Below are positions 37,270 through 47,499 of a stretch of DNA of 64,000 nucleotides, in pieces. Location of the stretch: IMG/VR virus record IMGVR_UViG_3300034121_001395. The stretch is one strand, 5' to 3'. The translations under genes were made by a program, and so were the position numbers. How positions within the stretch are numbered: position 1 is the first letter of the stretch; every line of letters begins with the position of its first letter. This DNA comes from a virus. The notes beneath the pieces were generated by a model. The model was not told where the DNA came from and made no database searches. It was given only the letters and a program-made list of their open reading frames with translations.

Positions 37270-40200
37270 ATGGATTCAATTCAATTTTCAGAATTTTCTA
37301 CTGTTGGTGTTAATATATCTGACACCTTTGATATTTGGCGTCAAAAAACGAATGGTGTAGTAACAGAACTAACCGATTTGCGTAATGATATATCGCCATT
37401 ATTTTATAGTACTGGCCAAAACTCATCGTCATTGCTGCGTACTGTCACTCTTGATACACCACAAACAATCTCTGGTATCAAAACCTTTATCGGTGGCACA
37501 TCAACCGCCCCAGTGCTAAAGATTGGGGAGGTTGGACTCTATGAAAGTGACGGAGCGCTATCAACCACAACTCCGATTCAAGTAAATAAACTTATATTAC
37601 AGTCTCAATTACAATTTGGTGAACATGCATATGCTATACCAAACACAAACCCAAGTGAAGCCTCGATCTTAGGAAAGTCTGGAAACTCTCTGTCATGGAC
37701 AACGCTAAGTAGCATAATCTCTCAAGTTCAAAGTGAAGGTGCTGCAAATGTTGTAAGCACAAATGAAATTCTTGCAGTTGGTTCTCTCGTTGATTATGCT
37801 CCGAATGGCACCACATTTTCTTCAGATTGGTTACGTTGCACTGGATCACGTTTTCAAGGGAGTGCATACCCAGAACTTGCGACTGCGTTATTAAATAAAT
37901 ATGCCGCAATCTATACAACTCAAACCGGAAATACGATTGCTCCTTCAGTGTCATACAATGCTTCTTGGTGGTATACTTTGCCAAACATAAGCGGAGCACT
38001 CATAAAAGCAAAACCAGATTCTGTAATTAATACATTTATAGATCGTGGTAATGTATTTGATATAATACGAGGCACAGAGTCTATTCAAAGTCTGTCTATT
38101 GCAAATGGTGGCACTGGTGTGTTAAACTTACGCTATGACCCAACATTAACTATAAATGTTGATCGTCAGTTGGGTGTTGCACCTCTTGCAATTACGTCTG
38201 ATCGACTTGCAAACAACTCAGTCAGCCCTTCTAAATTAAGTCTTGGTGGTCCGTCATGGGATTTAACTTCTGCAGCTTTATATGAAGGCAATGACGTTAA
38301 CACCCGTCGTAGAGTTGCAACACGCGAATATGTCGACTCACTCGTATTTAAAAAGGGACCTGCTGCAAAGTTAGCAAGTAAACCTTCGCATTCTCCATAT
38401 AGTTCTGCTCCTGGATTTGGCGAGTTTTGTTATATAAATCATGACGGCGTTCCAATAATATCTGGAAGCAATGGATATAATAGATTTGGCTATGCTGATA
38501 AATTTTCACATTGCGAAATGCCATTGCCAGACAACAGGAAAGCAGTGCAGTTGCATGTTAATCGATATAATATGTGTGCTCTTGATGATGAGGGTGAGTT
38601 ATGGGCACTTGGAAATATTTGGCATAATCCATTTAATATTGTTCCATTTCCAGGAACAGCAAATGTAGATTCACGAGTAAAAGAATGGACAAAGGCATAC
38701 AATCCCCTCTATAACTATTCAGCTGACAATAAAATAGCTAAAGTTGTAATTAGTGGTGGTTATGACATTAACAACGTTGCCGTAATCGACACATCAAATC
38801 GTCTTTGGATTGCAGGATATAACCAACATGGTGTATTAGGTCGTGGTAACAATGGGACAACTACTACAAGTACTGCAACAAAACCAACTGGAGAGACAAC
38901 ACCAGTACTTGAAAATGTGTATGACGCATGTATTATTGGTACATGGTCAGGAGCAGCTGAATATGCAACATGTATAGCACTAACTTCAACTGGTATACGT
39001 GTATCTGGATATGGTAGTAGCGGTTTACGTGGTGACGGATTAAATCCAGCAGCAGTTAATAATACATTTAATACTGTTACAATATCAGGTATCTCTGACT
39101 ACTCGTCATGCAAACTGTATGCTGGAGGAGAAGACTCTGCAACTACAGCATTTTTAATTACAGACTCTGGAAATGTAGTTTATGGTTGGGGTTATAATGG
39201 TAATGGAATACTTGGCGATAATACAACATCAAATAAAAATCGTCCAACTGTAATTTGGGAAAATCCAGATTTAAACATTGATAAGGTTTATACGACAACA
39301 CACGCGGATGGAACAGGCGCAGCATACTTGTTTGGTAGTAAAAATAACTCTACTGCAAAACTCGGTTCTGATATAATTTCAACTGTTAGTGATCACCTTT
39401 TAGGAACGTCTATTAGTTCCAATGATGCTGGCAGTATAATCGCAGCTGGCTCTCCAGGTGTTGGAACTGGACGTGTACAATGCTATCAATATTCTGGAAC
39501 AGCATGGAATGCATATGGAGCAATTATAAATGGTTCTGAAAACGCCAGTAATTTTGGTAATTCTGTAAGCTTAAGCTCGTCTGGTAATCGCCTTGCAATT
39601 GGTATACCTGACGGACAACGTGTAGGCTCAGAAATTAGAGGACAAGTGCGTATTTATGATTATTCTGCTGGAACCTGGTCTCAACTTGGTACAAATTTAA
39701 CTGGTGAAAATAAAAATTTATCGAAATTTGGTAATAGTGTCGCATTGTCTGGAAATGGTAACGTCTTAATAGTTGGTGCACCAAACACAAATAGACTAAT
39801 CAGTGGTGTAAACACTACAAATGTTGGTCAAGTATTTGTTTATTCTTTAGTTGGTGCAAATGCTGTTGAACTTGGATCATCAATATACGGGTCTGGAGGA
39901 GGCCAACTTTGTGGATCAAATGTTGCAATTAACACTGACGGTACCATAATCGCCATTTCTTCAATGGGTGTTTCTAGTGCGGGAGTTGTTAGGATTTATC
40001 AATTAGTGGCAGGTCAATGGTCGCAACTAGGTGGAGACATTGCTGGAAATAGTGCAAACGATAATTTTATTAATATATCACTCAGTGGTAATGGCACTAG
40101 AATTGCAATAGGTGCACCTGGTAGTGATATCAATGGAGCAAACAGTGGACAAACACGAGTATTTGAGTACAACTCAACTATAACTACTTGGGAACAGATT

Positions 40201-40980
40201 GGTACAAACATCAATGGGTTTGGTATAGGAGACGCTAGTGGAAGTGATGTTGTATTATCGCGTGACGGACAAAATCTTGCAATAGGCGCACCAAATGCGG
40301 ACTCACTTGGAAGAACTGATAATGGATATGTTCGTCTGTATAAACTCTTAGGTAATAGTTGGAAATTATTAACCGGTAATTTATCTGGAGAAAATTCTAA
40401 TGAAAAATCAGGATCAGTTGTTGCACTCAGTTCAGATGGCAATACTGTAATAATTGGTGCCCCAACATATAATGCGAATCGTGGACTTGTTCGTGCAATA
40501 TCTTTTGTATCTACTCCAACAATAACTAATGAGTTATGGTGTTCTGGTACAAATACTGGAAATAAATTTGGTATAACTGGAAACAGCAATCAATGGAGAC
40601 TGTCTGGTCCACTGCCGTCTGGATATAGTCTCCAAGACTTTTGGTGTGGTAATGGATTTTATTCGGATAATGTAAACTTTGCAAAGGGTTATCGTCAAAG
40701 TGATGACAAATATTACTTGTTTGTAGTTGGTGCAAATAGTAGTTATCAAAGTGGAAATGGTAGTAATATACAGCTAAATACTTGGACTCGTCTTAATTTA
40801 AGTTCAGAAATTGTACAAAAAATAGTTGACATCCAGTGCGTGTCTCCATACGGTTCTGAGGATTATACAATTTTATTATTAGACGATGGCACATTATATT
40901 TTTCTGGACATAATGCCTATATGATTGATCCAAATTTACCAAACAACGCTTACAGAACAGACTTTACACGCATTAAATAA
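37270..40980 (+). CDS. large fibre/adhesin with collar-like, RCC1-like and FG-GAP-like propeller domains
   Basis: DTFDIWRQKTN N-terminus; WLRCTG..YPELA collar; RCC1-like LW..GYN..G.LG repeats; seven G.SV.LS..G..LAIGAP repeats. Confidence 0.8.
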   Translation: MDSIQFSEFSTVGVNISDTFDIWRQKTNGVVTELTDLRNDISPLFYSTGQNSSSLLRTVTLDTPQTISGIKTFIGGTSTAPVLKIGEVGLYESDGALSTTTPIQVNKLILQSQLQFGEHAYAIPNTNPSEASILGKSGNSLSWTTLSSIISQVQSEGAANVVSTNEILAVGSLVDYAPNGTTFSSDWLRCTGSRFQGSAYPELATALLNKYAAIYTTQTGNTIAPSVSYNASWWYTLPNISGALIKAKPDSVINTFIDRGNVFDIIRGTESIQSLSIANGGTGVLNLRYDPTLTINVDRQLGVAPLAITSDRLANNSVSPSKLSLGGPSWDLTSAALYEGNDVNTRRRVATREYVDSLVFKKGPAAKLASKPSHSPYSSAPGFGEFCYINHDGVPIISGSNGYNRFGYADKFSHCEMPLPDNRKAVQLHVNRYNMCALDDEGELWALGNIWHNPFNIVPFPGTANVDSRVKEWTKAYNPLYNYSADNKIAKVVISGGYDINNVAVIDTSNRLWIAGYNQHGVLGRGNNGTTTTSTATKPTGETTPVLENVYDACIIGTWSGAAEYATCIALTSTGIRVSGYGSSGLRGDGLNPAAVNNTFNTVTISGISDYSSCKLYAGGEDSATTAFLITDSGNVVYGWGYNGNGILGDNTTSNKNRPTVIWENPDLNIDKVYTTTHADGTGAAYLFGSKNNSTAKLGSDIISTVSDHLLGTSISSNDAGSIIAAGSPGVGTGRVQCYQYSGTAWNAYGAIINGSENASNFGNSVSLSSSGNRLAIGIPDGQRVGSEIRGQVRIYDYSAGTWSQLGTNLTGENKNLSKFGNSVALSGNGNVLIVGAPNTNRLISGVNTTNVGQVFVYSLVGANAVELGSSIYGSGGGQLCGSNVAINTDGTIIAISSMGVSSAGVVRIYQLVAGQWSQLGGDIAGNSANDNFINISLSGNGTRIAIGAPGSDINGANSGQTRVFEYNSTITTWEQIGTNINGFGIGDASGSDVVLSRDGQNLAIGAPNADSLGRTDNGYVRLYKLLGNSWKLLTGNLSGENSNEKSGSVVALSSDGNTVIIGAPTYNANRGLVRAISFVSTPTITNELWCSGTNTGNKFGITGNSNQWRLSGPLPSGYSLQDFWCGNGFYSDNVNFAKGYRQSDDKYYLFVVGANSSYQSGNGSNIQLNTWTRLNLSSEIVQKIVDIQCVSPYGSEDYTILLLDDGTLYFSGHNAYMIDPNLPNNAYRTDFTRIK

Positions 40981-40981
40981 T

Positions 40982-42625
40982 ATGTCAGATTATAAAAAAA
41001 TAATTTTAAAAAATAGTCCAGTTGCTGGTGCAGTTCCGCTAGAAAATTTCTTGGATTTTGGTGAACTTGCATTAAATTATGCTGATAACAAACTATATTA
41101 TAAAGAACTTGGAGGCGGAATTGTTGTACATGAGACTCCATATCTTGACGTTGAAGGCAGTCAAAATTCTGTAGTAAAGAGAAATGGTGATGGTTCCGGT
41201 ATTTTTAATGGAGTCATTAGTAATGTATCTGATCCAGACCTATATGCATTAGATATTTCTTCTAGTGCATCTACTACCGCTCGGGTGTCTGCTCTAAATG
41301 CACAAACCGCAATAAATGCATCTGCGGTGAGCGGTATTGGTGCAAATATAAACAGCGTTTCTGGCATAGGTTCGGTTATAAGCAGCAGCAGTTCTACAGC
41401 TGCAGTTATAAGTAGTAATAGTTCCACATATCACGCAGAATTTGGTAACATTGCAACCAATAATTCATCTGCAATTGAAAGAATTCGTGGCGCGTTTGTG
41501 TGGTTCTATAACACATTTAAAGGTCGATTACAGACTTCAAATATAACTGCAGACCGCAATTGGACACTACCAAATTTAAGTGGCACAATAGTACTAGACT
41601 CAAGTGAAGTCACTGGTAAAACAATATTTGTTGATGCAACTTCTGGAACAGACACGCGCACAAATCTTACTAAATATTCTTTAAAACCATATGCAAGTAT
41701 TTCAGCAGCAGTTGCAGCTTCTGAAAGTGGTGATTTAGTTTATGTACGCGCTGGAACATACACAATATCCGCTCAAATTAACTTAAATCTTAAAGGTCAC
41801 TTATATTTTGAAACCGGAACAACTATTAATGTTGCGACTGGAATTGTAGCATTCTCATATAGTCAAAATAGCATTCCAATTTATATTAAAGGAGCTGCAG
41901 ATTTTGTACTGGCTGGAGGTGCAGCGGGCATATTAACAATGCCTAGCGGTAATGCCGCAACAGCAGTTGCCTTTGAATGTAATAATATAAGTGGTCCTAA
42001 TAGTGTTAGTGGCACACTCTTTAATTGCGCAGTTGGTGTATTGGTTGTCGATGTTAAGGTGGTTCAGATGACCACGACGTTTACTGCTTCTAGTGCTACT
42101 GTGTTTAATGTCACTGGTGCTGGGAAAGTTACAACACGAATTCTATTTGTATATTGCGGTGTGTTTGTTAATGGTGCTGGTGCTGCTAATCCAGGTAATG
42201 CTACTGGTGCTCAAATCAATGCTGACGTTTGGACATTAGCTACATACAACGCAACTGCTGGCATGCTACTAAGTTTAATTATCACTAACTTTAGCATAGT
42301 TAATTATAATCATGCGGGTGTAGGTGCTGCATTAAGTTGGACAGAAAATACCACATTTGAAAGTCATGCTTTCCGAGGAATTACTTGGACTAGTTCAGCT
42401 GGTCAACCGAATATAACATTTGCTTCTACCAATGGTTCAACAACTAATAAAATCATTAGACTATACCAAACAAATATAATGCGTGCGGCTACTGCAAACA
42501 GTCTAAGTTCTAATGTACCTATAAATGTAGGCACATATGGTACATTTGCATCAGTGCCAGCAACTTCAAACGTTACATTTAAGATTGGTACATTCACAGT
42601 CGACGCGGACATAAACACTTATTAA
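40982..42625 (+). CDS. fibre/tailspike-like protein with beta-helix-like C-terminus
   Basis: GELALNYAD.KLYY N-terminus; IFVD...G.D...PYASISAAV...GD.VYVRAGTY pectin-lyase-like start. Confidence 0.7.
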   Translation: MSDYKKIILKNSPVAGAVPLENFLDFGELALNYADNKLYYKELGGGIVVHETPYLDVEGSQNSVVKRNGDGSGIFNGVISNVSDPDLYALDISSSASTTARVSALNAQTAINASAVSGIGANINSVSGIGSVISSSSSTAAVISSNSSTYHAEFGNIATNNSSAIERIRGAFVWFYNTFKGRLQTSNITADRNWTLPNLSGTIVLDSSEVTGKTIFVDATSGTDTRTNLTKYSLKPYASISAAVAASESGDLVYVRAGTYTISAQINLNLKGHLYFETGTTINVATGIVAFSYSQNSIPIYIKGAADFVLAGGAAGILTMPSGNAATAVAFECNNISGPNSVSGTLFNCAVGVLVVDVKVVQMTTTFTASSATVFNVTGAGKVTTRILFVYCGVFVNGAGAANPGNATGAQINADVWTLATYNATAGMLLSLIITNFSIVNYNHAGVGAALSWTENTTFESHAFRGITWTSSAGQPNITFASTNGSTTNKIIRLYQTNIMRAATANSLSSNVPINVGTYGTFASVPATSNVTFKIGTFTVDADINTY

Positions 42626-42634
42626 TTTTAAAAT

Positions 42635-44422
42635 ATGAGTCAACAAACACTATATAACGATTTGGTAATTACTGGTGACCTAACCGTATCAGGTGCCACA
42701 ACTACAATTAGCACTACAAATTTAATTGTAGAAGATAAAAATATTATACTAGGCAATGTCGATGACACTCCTACAAATGTTACAGCAGATGGAGGAGGCA
42801 TCACACTACGTGGCACTACTGATAAAACTTTTAATTGGACTTCATCCACCTCTTCTTGGACTTCTTCTGAGGATTTAAACCTGTCCTCTGGAAAGGTATA
42901 CGAGATAAATGGAATCAGTGTATTAAGTTCAACTACACTAGGAAGTGGAGTAACTGGTTCATCATTAACAGGCGTAGGAACAATCGGAACTGGAACGTGG
43001 GCTGGAACAATTATAAGTCCAACTTATGGAGGAACTGGTGTCAATAATGGTGTCAAAACAATAACTCTTGGTGGTAACTTAACAACAAGTGGAGCATTCA
43101 CTACTACGCTAATCGCAACTGGAAATACCAGTGTGATTTTGCCGACGAGTGGTACACTCGCAAACAGAGAAACAAATCTTAGTCAGTTCGCGTCTACAAC
43201 TTCAGCACAGCTTGCAGGCTTGATTCCAGATGAAACCGGAAGCGGTTCATTAGTATTTTCAATTAACCCAGTATTAAATGAACCAATTATTGGCACTATA
43301 AATGGTTCAGGGTCGGCAAGCGGAACACTAACTCTACGTTCCACAACAAACATAGGAAAGGCTAATGCTGGAATATTAATGCCAGATAATATTCCATCTA
43401 GTTCATCAACTACAGGTTCGCTCGTAGTAACTGGTGGAGTTGGAGTCAGTGGAAACTTGTATGCTGGAGGAAACATCTATGCTAACAATGAGATTCTAGC
43501 TACTAAAAGTTATGTAGATACACTTGCTGAAGGACTACACGTTCATGCCCAAGTGCATGTTATACTAAATACACCGCTTGAAACTATTACTGGTGGAAGT
43601 GTCACCTATAACAATGGAACTGATGGTGTAGGTGCGTTCTTAACACTTAGCAATCCTATTAGTTTTACTACTGGACTAGAAGGTGATCTCGATCTTGGGG
43701 TTGGTTCACGAATTATAGTCAACGGGCAAAGCCAAGCACTTCGCAACGGGATCTATGTTATTGCATCGACAACACGTTTAGATCGTGCTACTGATTTTGA
43801 TACCCCTCTTGCAATGGCTGGTGGAGATTTTGTATTCGTCACTCATGGTTCAACATACGCGAATACTGGTTGGGTGCTCGGTGAAGCTGTAGCATCAGTT
43901 GGAGTTTCTCCGGTAAACTTTATTCAATTTTCTGGAGCAGGCACACCTATAGCAGGTGCTGGACTGTCCGCTGACGGATTGATCTTGAACGTTGGAGGTA
44001 CAAGCGGCCGCATAGTTACAAATTCAGATTCAATTGATCTTGCTACGACTGGGGTGTCAGCTGGTACATATGAAAATGTAACTGTTGACGCATATGGTCG
44101 TGTTACTTCTGGCACAAATACTACATTTGATTCAAGCATAACTGGAAGTGGTAAAACTTTTACAAACGCTGATGATGGCAAAATATTTCATATCACTGGA
44201 GCAAATACACTTACTCTTCCAAGTTATGCATCGGCAAGCAGCGGATGGATCATTGGTATTGTAAATGTCGGCGGACTCGCGCTTACTCTCAATATTGCGG
44301 ATGGTTCTGGAAATACTATAAATGATGGCACTACAATAAGCAATACTGTTAAATGGTCATCTTTTTATGTGTATAAATCAGATGTATCTGATAAATTTAT
44401 TGCAATTGGTGTCTTATATTAA
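42635..44422 (+). CDS. tail fibre/adaptor protein
   Basis: GDLTVSG.TTTI....L.VEDKNI, VTVDAYGRVT; shares a domain with 49280..54037; C-terminal TLTLP adaptor-type domain. Confidence 0.75.
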   Translation: MSQQTLYNDLVITGDLTVSGATTTISTTNLIVEDKNIILGNVDDTPTNVTADGGGITLRGTTDKTFNWTSSTSSWTSSEDLNLSSGKVYEINGISVLSSTTLGSGVTGSSLTGVGTIGTGTWAGTIISPTYGGTGVNNGVKTITLGGNLTTSGAFTTTLIATGNTSVILPTSGTLANRETNLSQFASTTSAQLAGLIPDETGSGSLVFSINPVLNEPIIGTINGSGSASGTLTLRSTTNIGKANAGILMPDNIPSSSSTTGSLVVTGGVGVSGNLYAGGNIYANNEILATKSYVDTLAEGLHVHAQVHVILNTPLETITGGSVTYNNGTDGVGAFLTLSNPISFTTGLEGDLDLGVGSRIIVNGQSQALRNGIYVIASTTRLDRATDFDTPLAMAGGDFVFVTHGSTYANTGWVLGEAVASVGVSPVNFIQFSGAGTPIAGAGLSADGLILNVGGTSGRIVTNSDSIDLATTGVSAGTYENVTVDAYGRVTSGTNTTFDSSITGSGKTFTNADDGKIFHITGANTLTLPSYASASSGWIIGIVNVGGLALTLNIADGSGNTINDGTTISNTVKWSSFYVYKSDVSDKFIAIGVLY

Positions 44423-44424
44423 TT

Positions 44425-44622
44425 ATGAATTTAGAAGATTTTAAACGCGCAACAATTGCCCAAGTAAGTGAATTTTGGAGATTTACGACGTCTGGAACCA
44501 CCACACTATCTAATTTTAATGTGACTACTAGCAGTGGTAATATTAAAATTATTTGGTCTGATGGTACGCCGCCAGACATTGCTACCTCTGGTCAAAATAT
44601 TTCCCATATATATACCTTATAA
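44425..44622 (+). CDS. small PKD-like half-domain protein
   Basis: IIWSDG...SHIY motif; similar to the gp7 C-terminus. Confidence 0.65.
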   Translation: MNLEDFKRATIAQVSEFWRFTTSGTTTLSNFNVTTSSGNIKIIWSDGTPPDIATSGQNISHIYTL

Positions 44623-44624
44623 CT

Positions 44625-45641
44625 ATGCCTACTAGATCTATCAACATTGTACCGCAAAATGGTAATGCCTCAGTAACGGCAATAAACTGTGGTACTTCAA
44701 CCCCAAAATTAGGCGGCACAATAGATGTATCTGCTTTTCCTAATTTGCAGGAGTTTAGGTGCAATTCTAATGATATAACAGCATTGTCTGGTTATACAAA
44801 TAATAGCAATTTGACAATTGTGGATTTTGCTGTTAATAAAGTAACTGGTTCTATCCCCGGTTTGACTGGGATGAGTAATTTACAAACTTTTCGTTGCCAC
44901 ACAAATCAACTTACCGGATCGATTCCAAGTTTGACTGGGTTGAGTAATTTACAACTATTTGCATGTCACACCAATCAACTTACCGGATCGATTCCAAGTT
45001 TGACTGGGTTGGCTAGCTTGTTAACATTAAACGCTTACAATAATTTGATTACTGGGAGCATTCCATCATTAACTGGAGCGCCCAATTTACTTAATTTGTT
45101 TATTCAAAGTAACCAACTTACCGGATCGATTCCAAGTTTGACTGGGTTGAGTAATTTACAAGAGTTTCATTGTGAAATAAATCAACTTACTGGATCGATT
45201 CCAAGTTTGACTGGGTTGAGTAATTTACAGGGTTTTTATTGCCACACAAATCAACTTACCGGATCGATTCCAAGTTTGACTGGGTTGAGTAATTTGCGAT
45301 ATTTTTATTGCAATAACCAACTGGGAACAACAAAATTAACAGGATCTATTCCCAGTTTAAGCGGATTGAGTAATTTGCAATCTTTTGATTGCACCCTAAA
45401 TCAACTTACTAGCTTTGCGGGTGGTTCTGTTTCTGCTACTTTAGGAGACTTTCGAGCTAATGTTAATCTATTGTCAGCATCAGCAGTAAACGCGATTTTA
45501 GCGGCTTTTGTTGCTGCCAATAAAACAACCGGGACAAGGGTATTAAATCTTGGCGGAACTGGTAATGCAGCCCCAACCGGTCAAGGGCTAACAGACGTGA
45601 CTACGTTGAGAAATCGTGGATGGTCAGTTACTACAAATTAA
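44625..45641 (+). CDS. leucine-rich-repeat protein (23-aa NQLTGSIPSLTGLSNL repeats), candidate adhesin
   Basis: About ten LxxFxCxxNxLTGSIP repeats with N- and C-terminal caps. Confidence 0.9.
   Translation: MPTRSINIVPQNGNASVTAINCGTSTPKLGGTIDVSAFPNLQEFRCNSNDITALSGYTNNSNLTIVDFAVNKVTGSIPGLTGMSNLQTFRCHTNQLTGSIPSLTGLSNLQLFACHTNQLTGSIPSLTGLASLLTLNAYNNLITGSIPSLTGAPNLLNLFIQSNQLTGSIPSLTGLSNLQEFHCEINQLTGSIPSLTGLSNLQGFYCHTNQLTGSIPSLTGLSNLRYFYCNNQLGTTKLTGSIPSLSGLSNLQSFDCTLNQLTSFAGGSVSATLGDFRANVNLLSASAVNAILAAFVAANKTTGTRVLNLGGTGNAAPTGQGLTDVTTLRNRGWSVTTN
44835..45410 (+). repeat. intragenic 69-bp tandem repeat
   Basis: Units start at 44904, 44973, 45042 (diverged), 45111, 45180 and 45249; core AATCAACTTACCGGATCGATTCCAAGTTTGACTGGGTTGAGTAATTT. 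Confidence 0.95.
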
Positions 45642-45645
45642 TATT

Positions 45646-45915
45646 ATGATTAAAATATATACAAAACAATTAGAGGCAGAAGAAATAATTTCTTCTCCAG
45701 ATAAAGTTTATACAACGGAACAAGATTGGTGGATGATATATGATGCTACCACTAAACAAATAATTGTAGAACCGCAACAATGCTCTGGCTATACTTCAAG
45801 CCCTCTTGCTATGGTTATTGCTGATGCTATAGAAGAACTTGAGCAATATATTGCTGATAATAATTTAATATTTAAAAATAAACTTCAGCCAAACTACATT
45901 GGCGAGGAATTATAA
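45646..45915 (+). CDS. hypothetical protein
   Basis: ATG 45646 in ORF 45616..45915; tightly coupled to the LRR gene. Confidence 0.65.
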   Translation: MIKIYTKQLEAEEIISSPDKVYTTEQDWWMIYDATTKQIIVEPQQCSGYTSSPLAMVIADAIEELEQYIADNNLIFKNKLQPNYIGEEL

Positions 45916-45924
45916 ATAATTAGT

Positions 45925-47496
45925 ATGTCAACACCAATTAATTTAGGTCCATATTTACTTAACGCTCCAACAGAAACTGAAAAGGGGCATATACGTAATA
46001 GTTTAAGTCTTGGATCAGCTTCTCTTTTACAAGGACAATTTTTAGATAATAACAGATTAGAATTTGCTGACCCAAATAATTCTACTCGTAAAATTATACT
46101 TGATAAAACTCTTTTTGGATCAGCGGTAGCCGATCGTTTACGTTTTGCGCGGGCACTTAACATTACCGGTGAAGTTACTACAGCAACTCCAATTCCACTT
46201 TTCGATGGAACTGAAGACGTTAATATACCAATAAGCATTAATCCTGGAGCAATTACTGAATCTAAATTAGCTACAGACGCTGTAGTTGCATCTAAAATTA
46301 AAAATGGTGAAGTTACTCCGGCAAAACTTTCTGCTGGAGGACCATTTTGGGCTGGCAGCACTACATTTTTATCATCTGGTCTAGAACTTGGAAATAACAT
46401 TATTGCCGATGGTTCTTCTTTTGTAGATTTTCATTCATCTTTCCCAATAGTTGATTATGACGCTCGAATAGAACGCAAATCAGGTGTTAATGGAGCATTA
46501 GATATTATTAATGTCGGTACTGGTCCAATAAATGTTGGCTATGGTTTGTCGATTGCATCTAATAATACAGTAACCACATCACGTCAATTAATAGGCAGAT
46601 TAGAAATTATTGGAAATCAAATTAATACGACGTTTGCAAATAATGCAGAAATTGCGCTCAACTTTGAAAACAGCGATAGTACGGTTGCAAATTTCTTAAA
46701 TACTACAATATACAACGGTAAACGTGAAGTTTCTGCAAAGTTTTTTGGTGACACAAAAACACTTGAAACATATGGGCCGTGTCGTTCAGTAACAAACGGA
46801 CAAGTTGGGTGGGCTACCGCTGGACTTGAAACACGCAGCACATCTGGAAATACATTGCTAGCATTACATGCTGTTGGTTCAACCGCAACTCTATTAAAAC
46901 ATGTTCGTGGCGGATCAGGATTAGAAATACGTGACGCGGGAGACACTGGCTTTGCTCCGCTGAAGGCTTCAACATTTACAGGTAATAACGCGCTCTATTT
47001 AAACTACGAAACTCCAACAATATATCTTCAAGACACAAATCATCGTGGTTCGATGATATATGTAGACAACAATATATTTTCTATACGTCGGTCGTCTGGC
47101 AATAATTCTACAACGATGCAAGATCTTAATGGTCGTTGGCCACTAGACATCAACCTAGAGACAAATAACGCGACCTTTGGTGCAGATGTAAATGCTGCTT
47201 CATTTACTTCTCGTTCTTCGATTCGTTATAAGAAAAACATACAACCGCTACAAGATTCGCTGTCTAAAGTAAACTCGTTAAATGGAGTTTCATATGTTTG
47301 GAAAGAAACTAAAAAGGCTGATCTTGGATTAATAGCAGAAGAAGTGTATAAGGTTTATCCAGATCTTGTGCATAAGACAGAGACTGACGAAGTTGAGGGC
47401 ATAGATTATGGAAAATTAACTGCGGTACTTATTGAAGCAGTAAAAGAGTTGACTTGTCGTGTACAGACCCTTGAAAAACAATTAAAACAAAGATAA
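45925..47496 (+). CDS. tail fibre with C-terminal peptidase S74 intramolecular chaperone
   Basis: SS.RYKKNI, LNGVSY.WK, GLIAEEV..V.P.LV, IDYGKLTAVLIEAVKEL; TATAAATA at 45911. Confidence 0.88.
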   Translation: MSTPINLGPYLLNAPTETEKGHIRNSLSLGSASLLQGQFLDNNRLEFADPNNSTRKIILDKTLFGSAVADRLRFARALNITGEVTTATPIPLFDGTEDVNIPISINPGAITESKLATDAVVASKIKNGEVTPAKLSAGGPFWAGSTTFLSSGLELGNNIIADGSSFVDFHSSFPIVDYDARIERKSGVNGALDIINVGTGPINVGYGLSIASNNTVTTSRQLIGRLEIIGNQINTTFANNAEIALNFENSDSTVANFLNTTIYNGKREVSAKFFGDTKTLETYGPCRSVTNGQVGWATAGLETRSTSGNTLLALHAVGSTATLLKHVRGGSGLEIRDAGDTGFAPLKASTFTGNNALYLNYETPTIYLQDTNHRGSMIYVDNNIFSIRRSSGNNSTTMQDLNGRWPLDINLETNNATFGADVNAASFTSRSSIRYKKNIQPLQDSLSKVNSLNGVSYVWKETKKADLGLIAEEVYKVYPDLVHKTETDEVEGIDYGKLTAVLIEAVKELTCRVQTLEKQLKQR

Positions 47497-47499
47497 ACT

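Noticed and set aside
44904-45320. Repeat-spacer-like pattern resembling a CRISPR array
   Set aside because: The period is exactly 69 bp in frame within an LRR ORF, the 'spacers' share codon-level similarity, and no cas genes or leader are present
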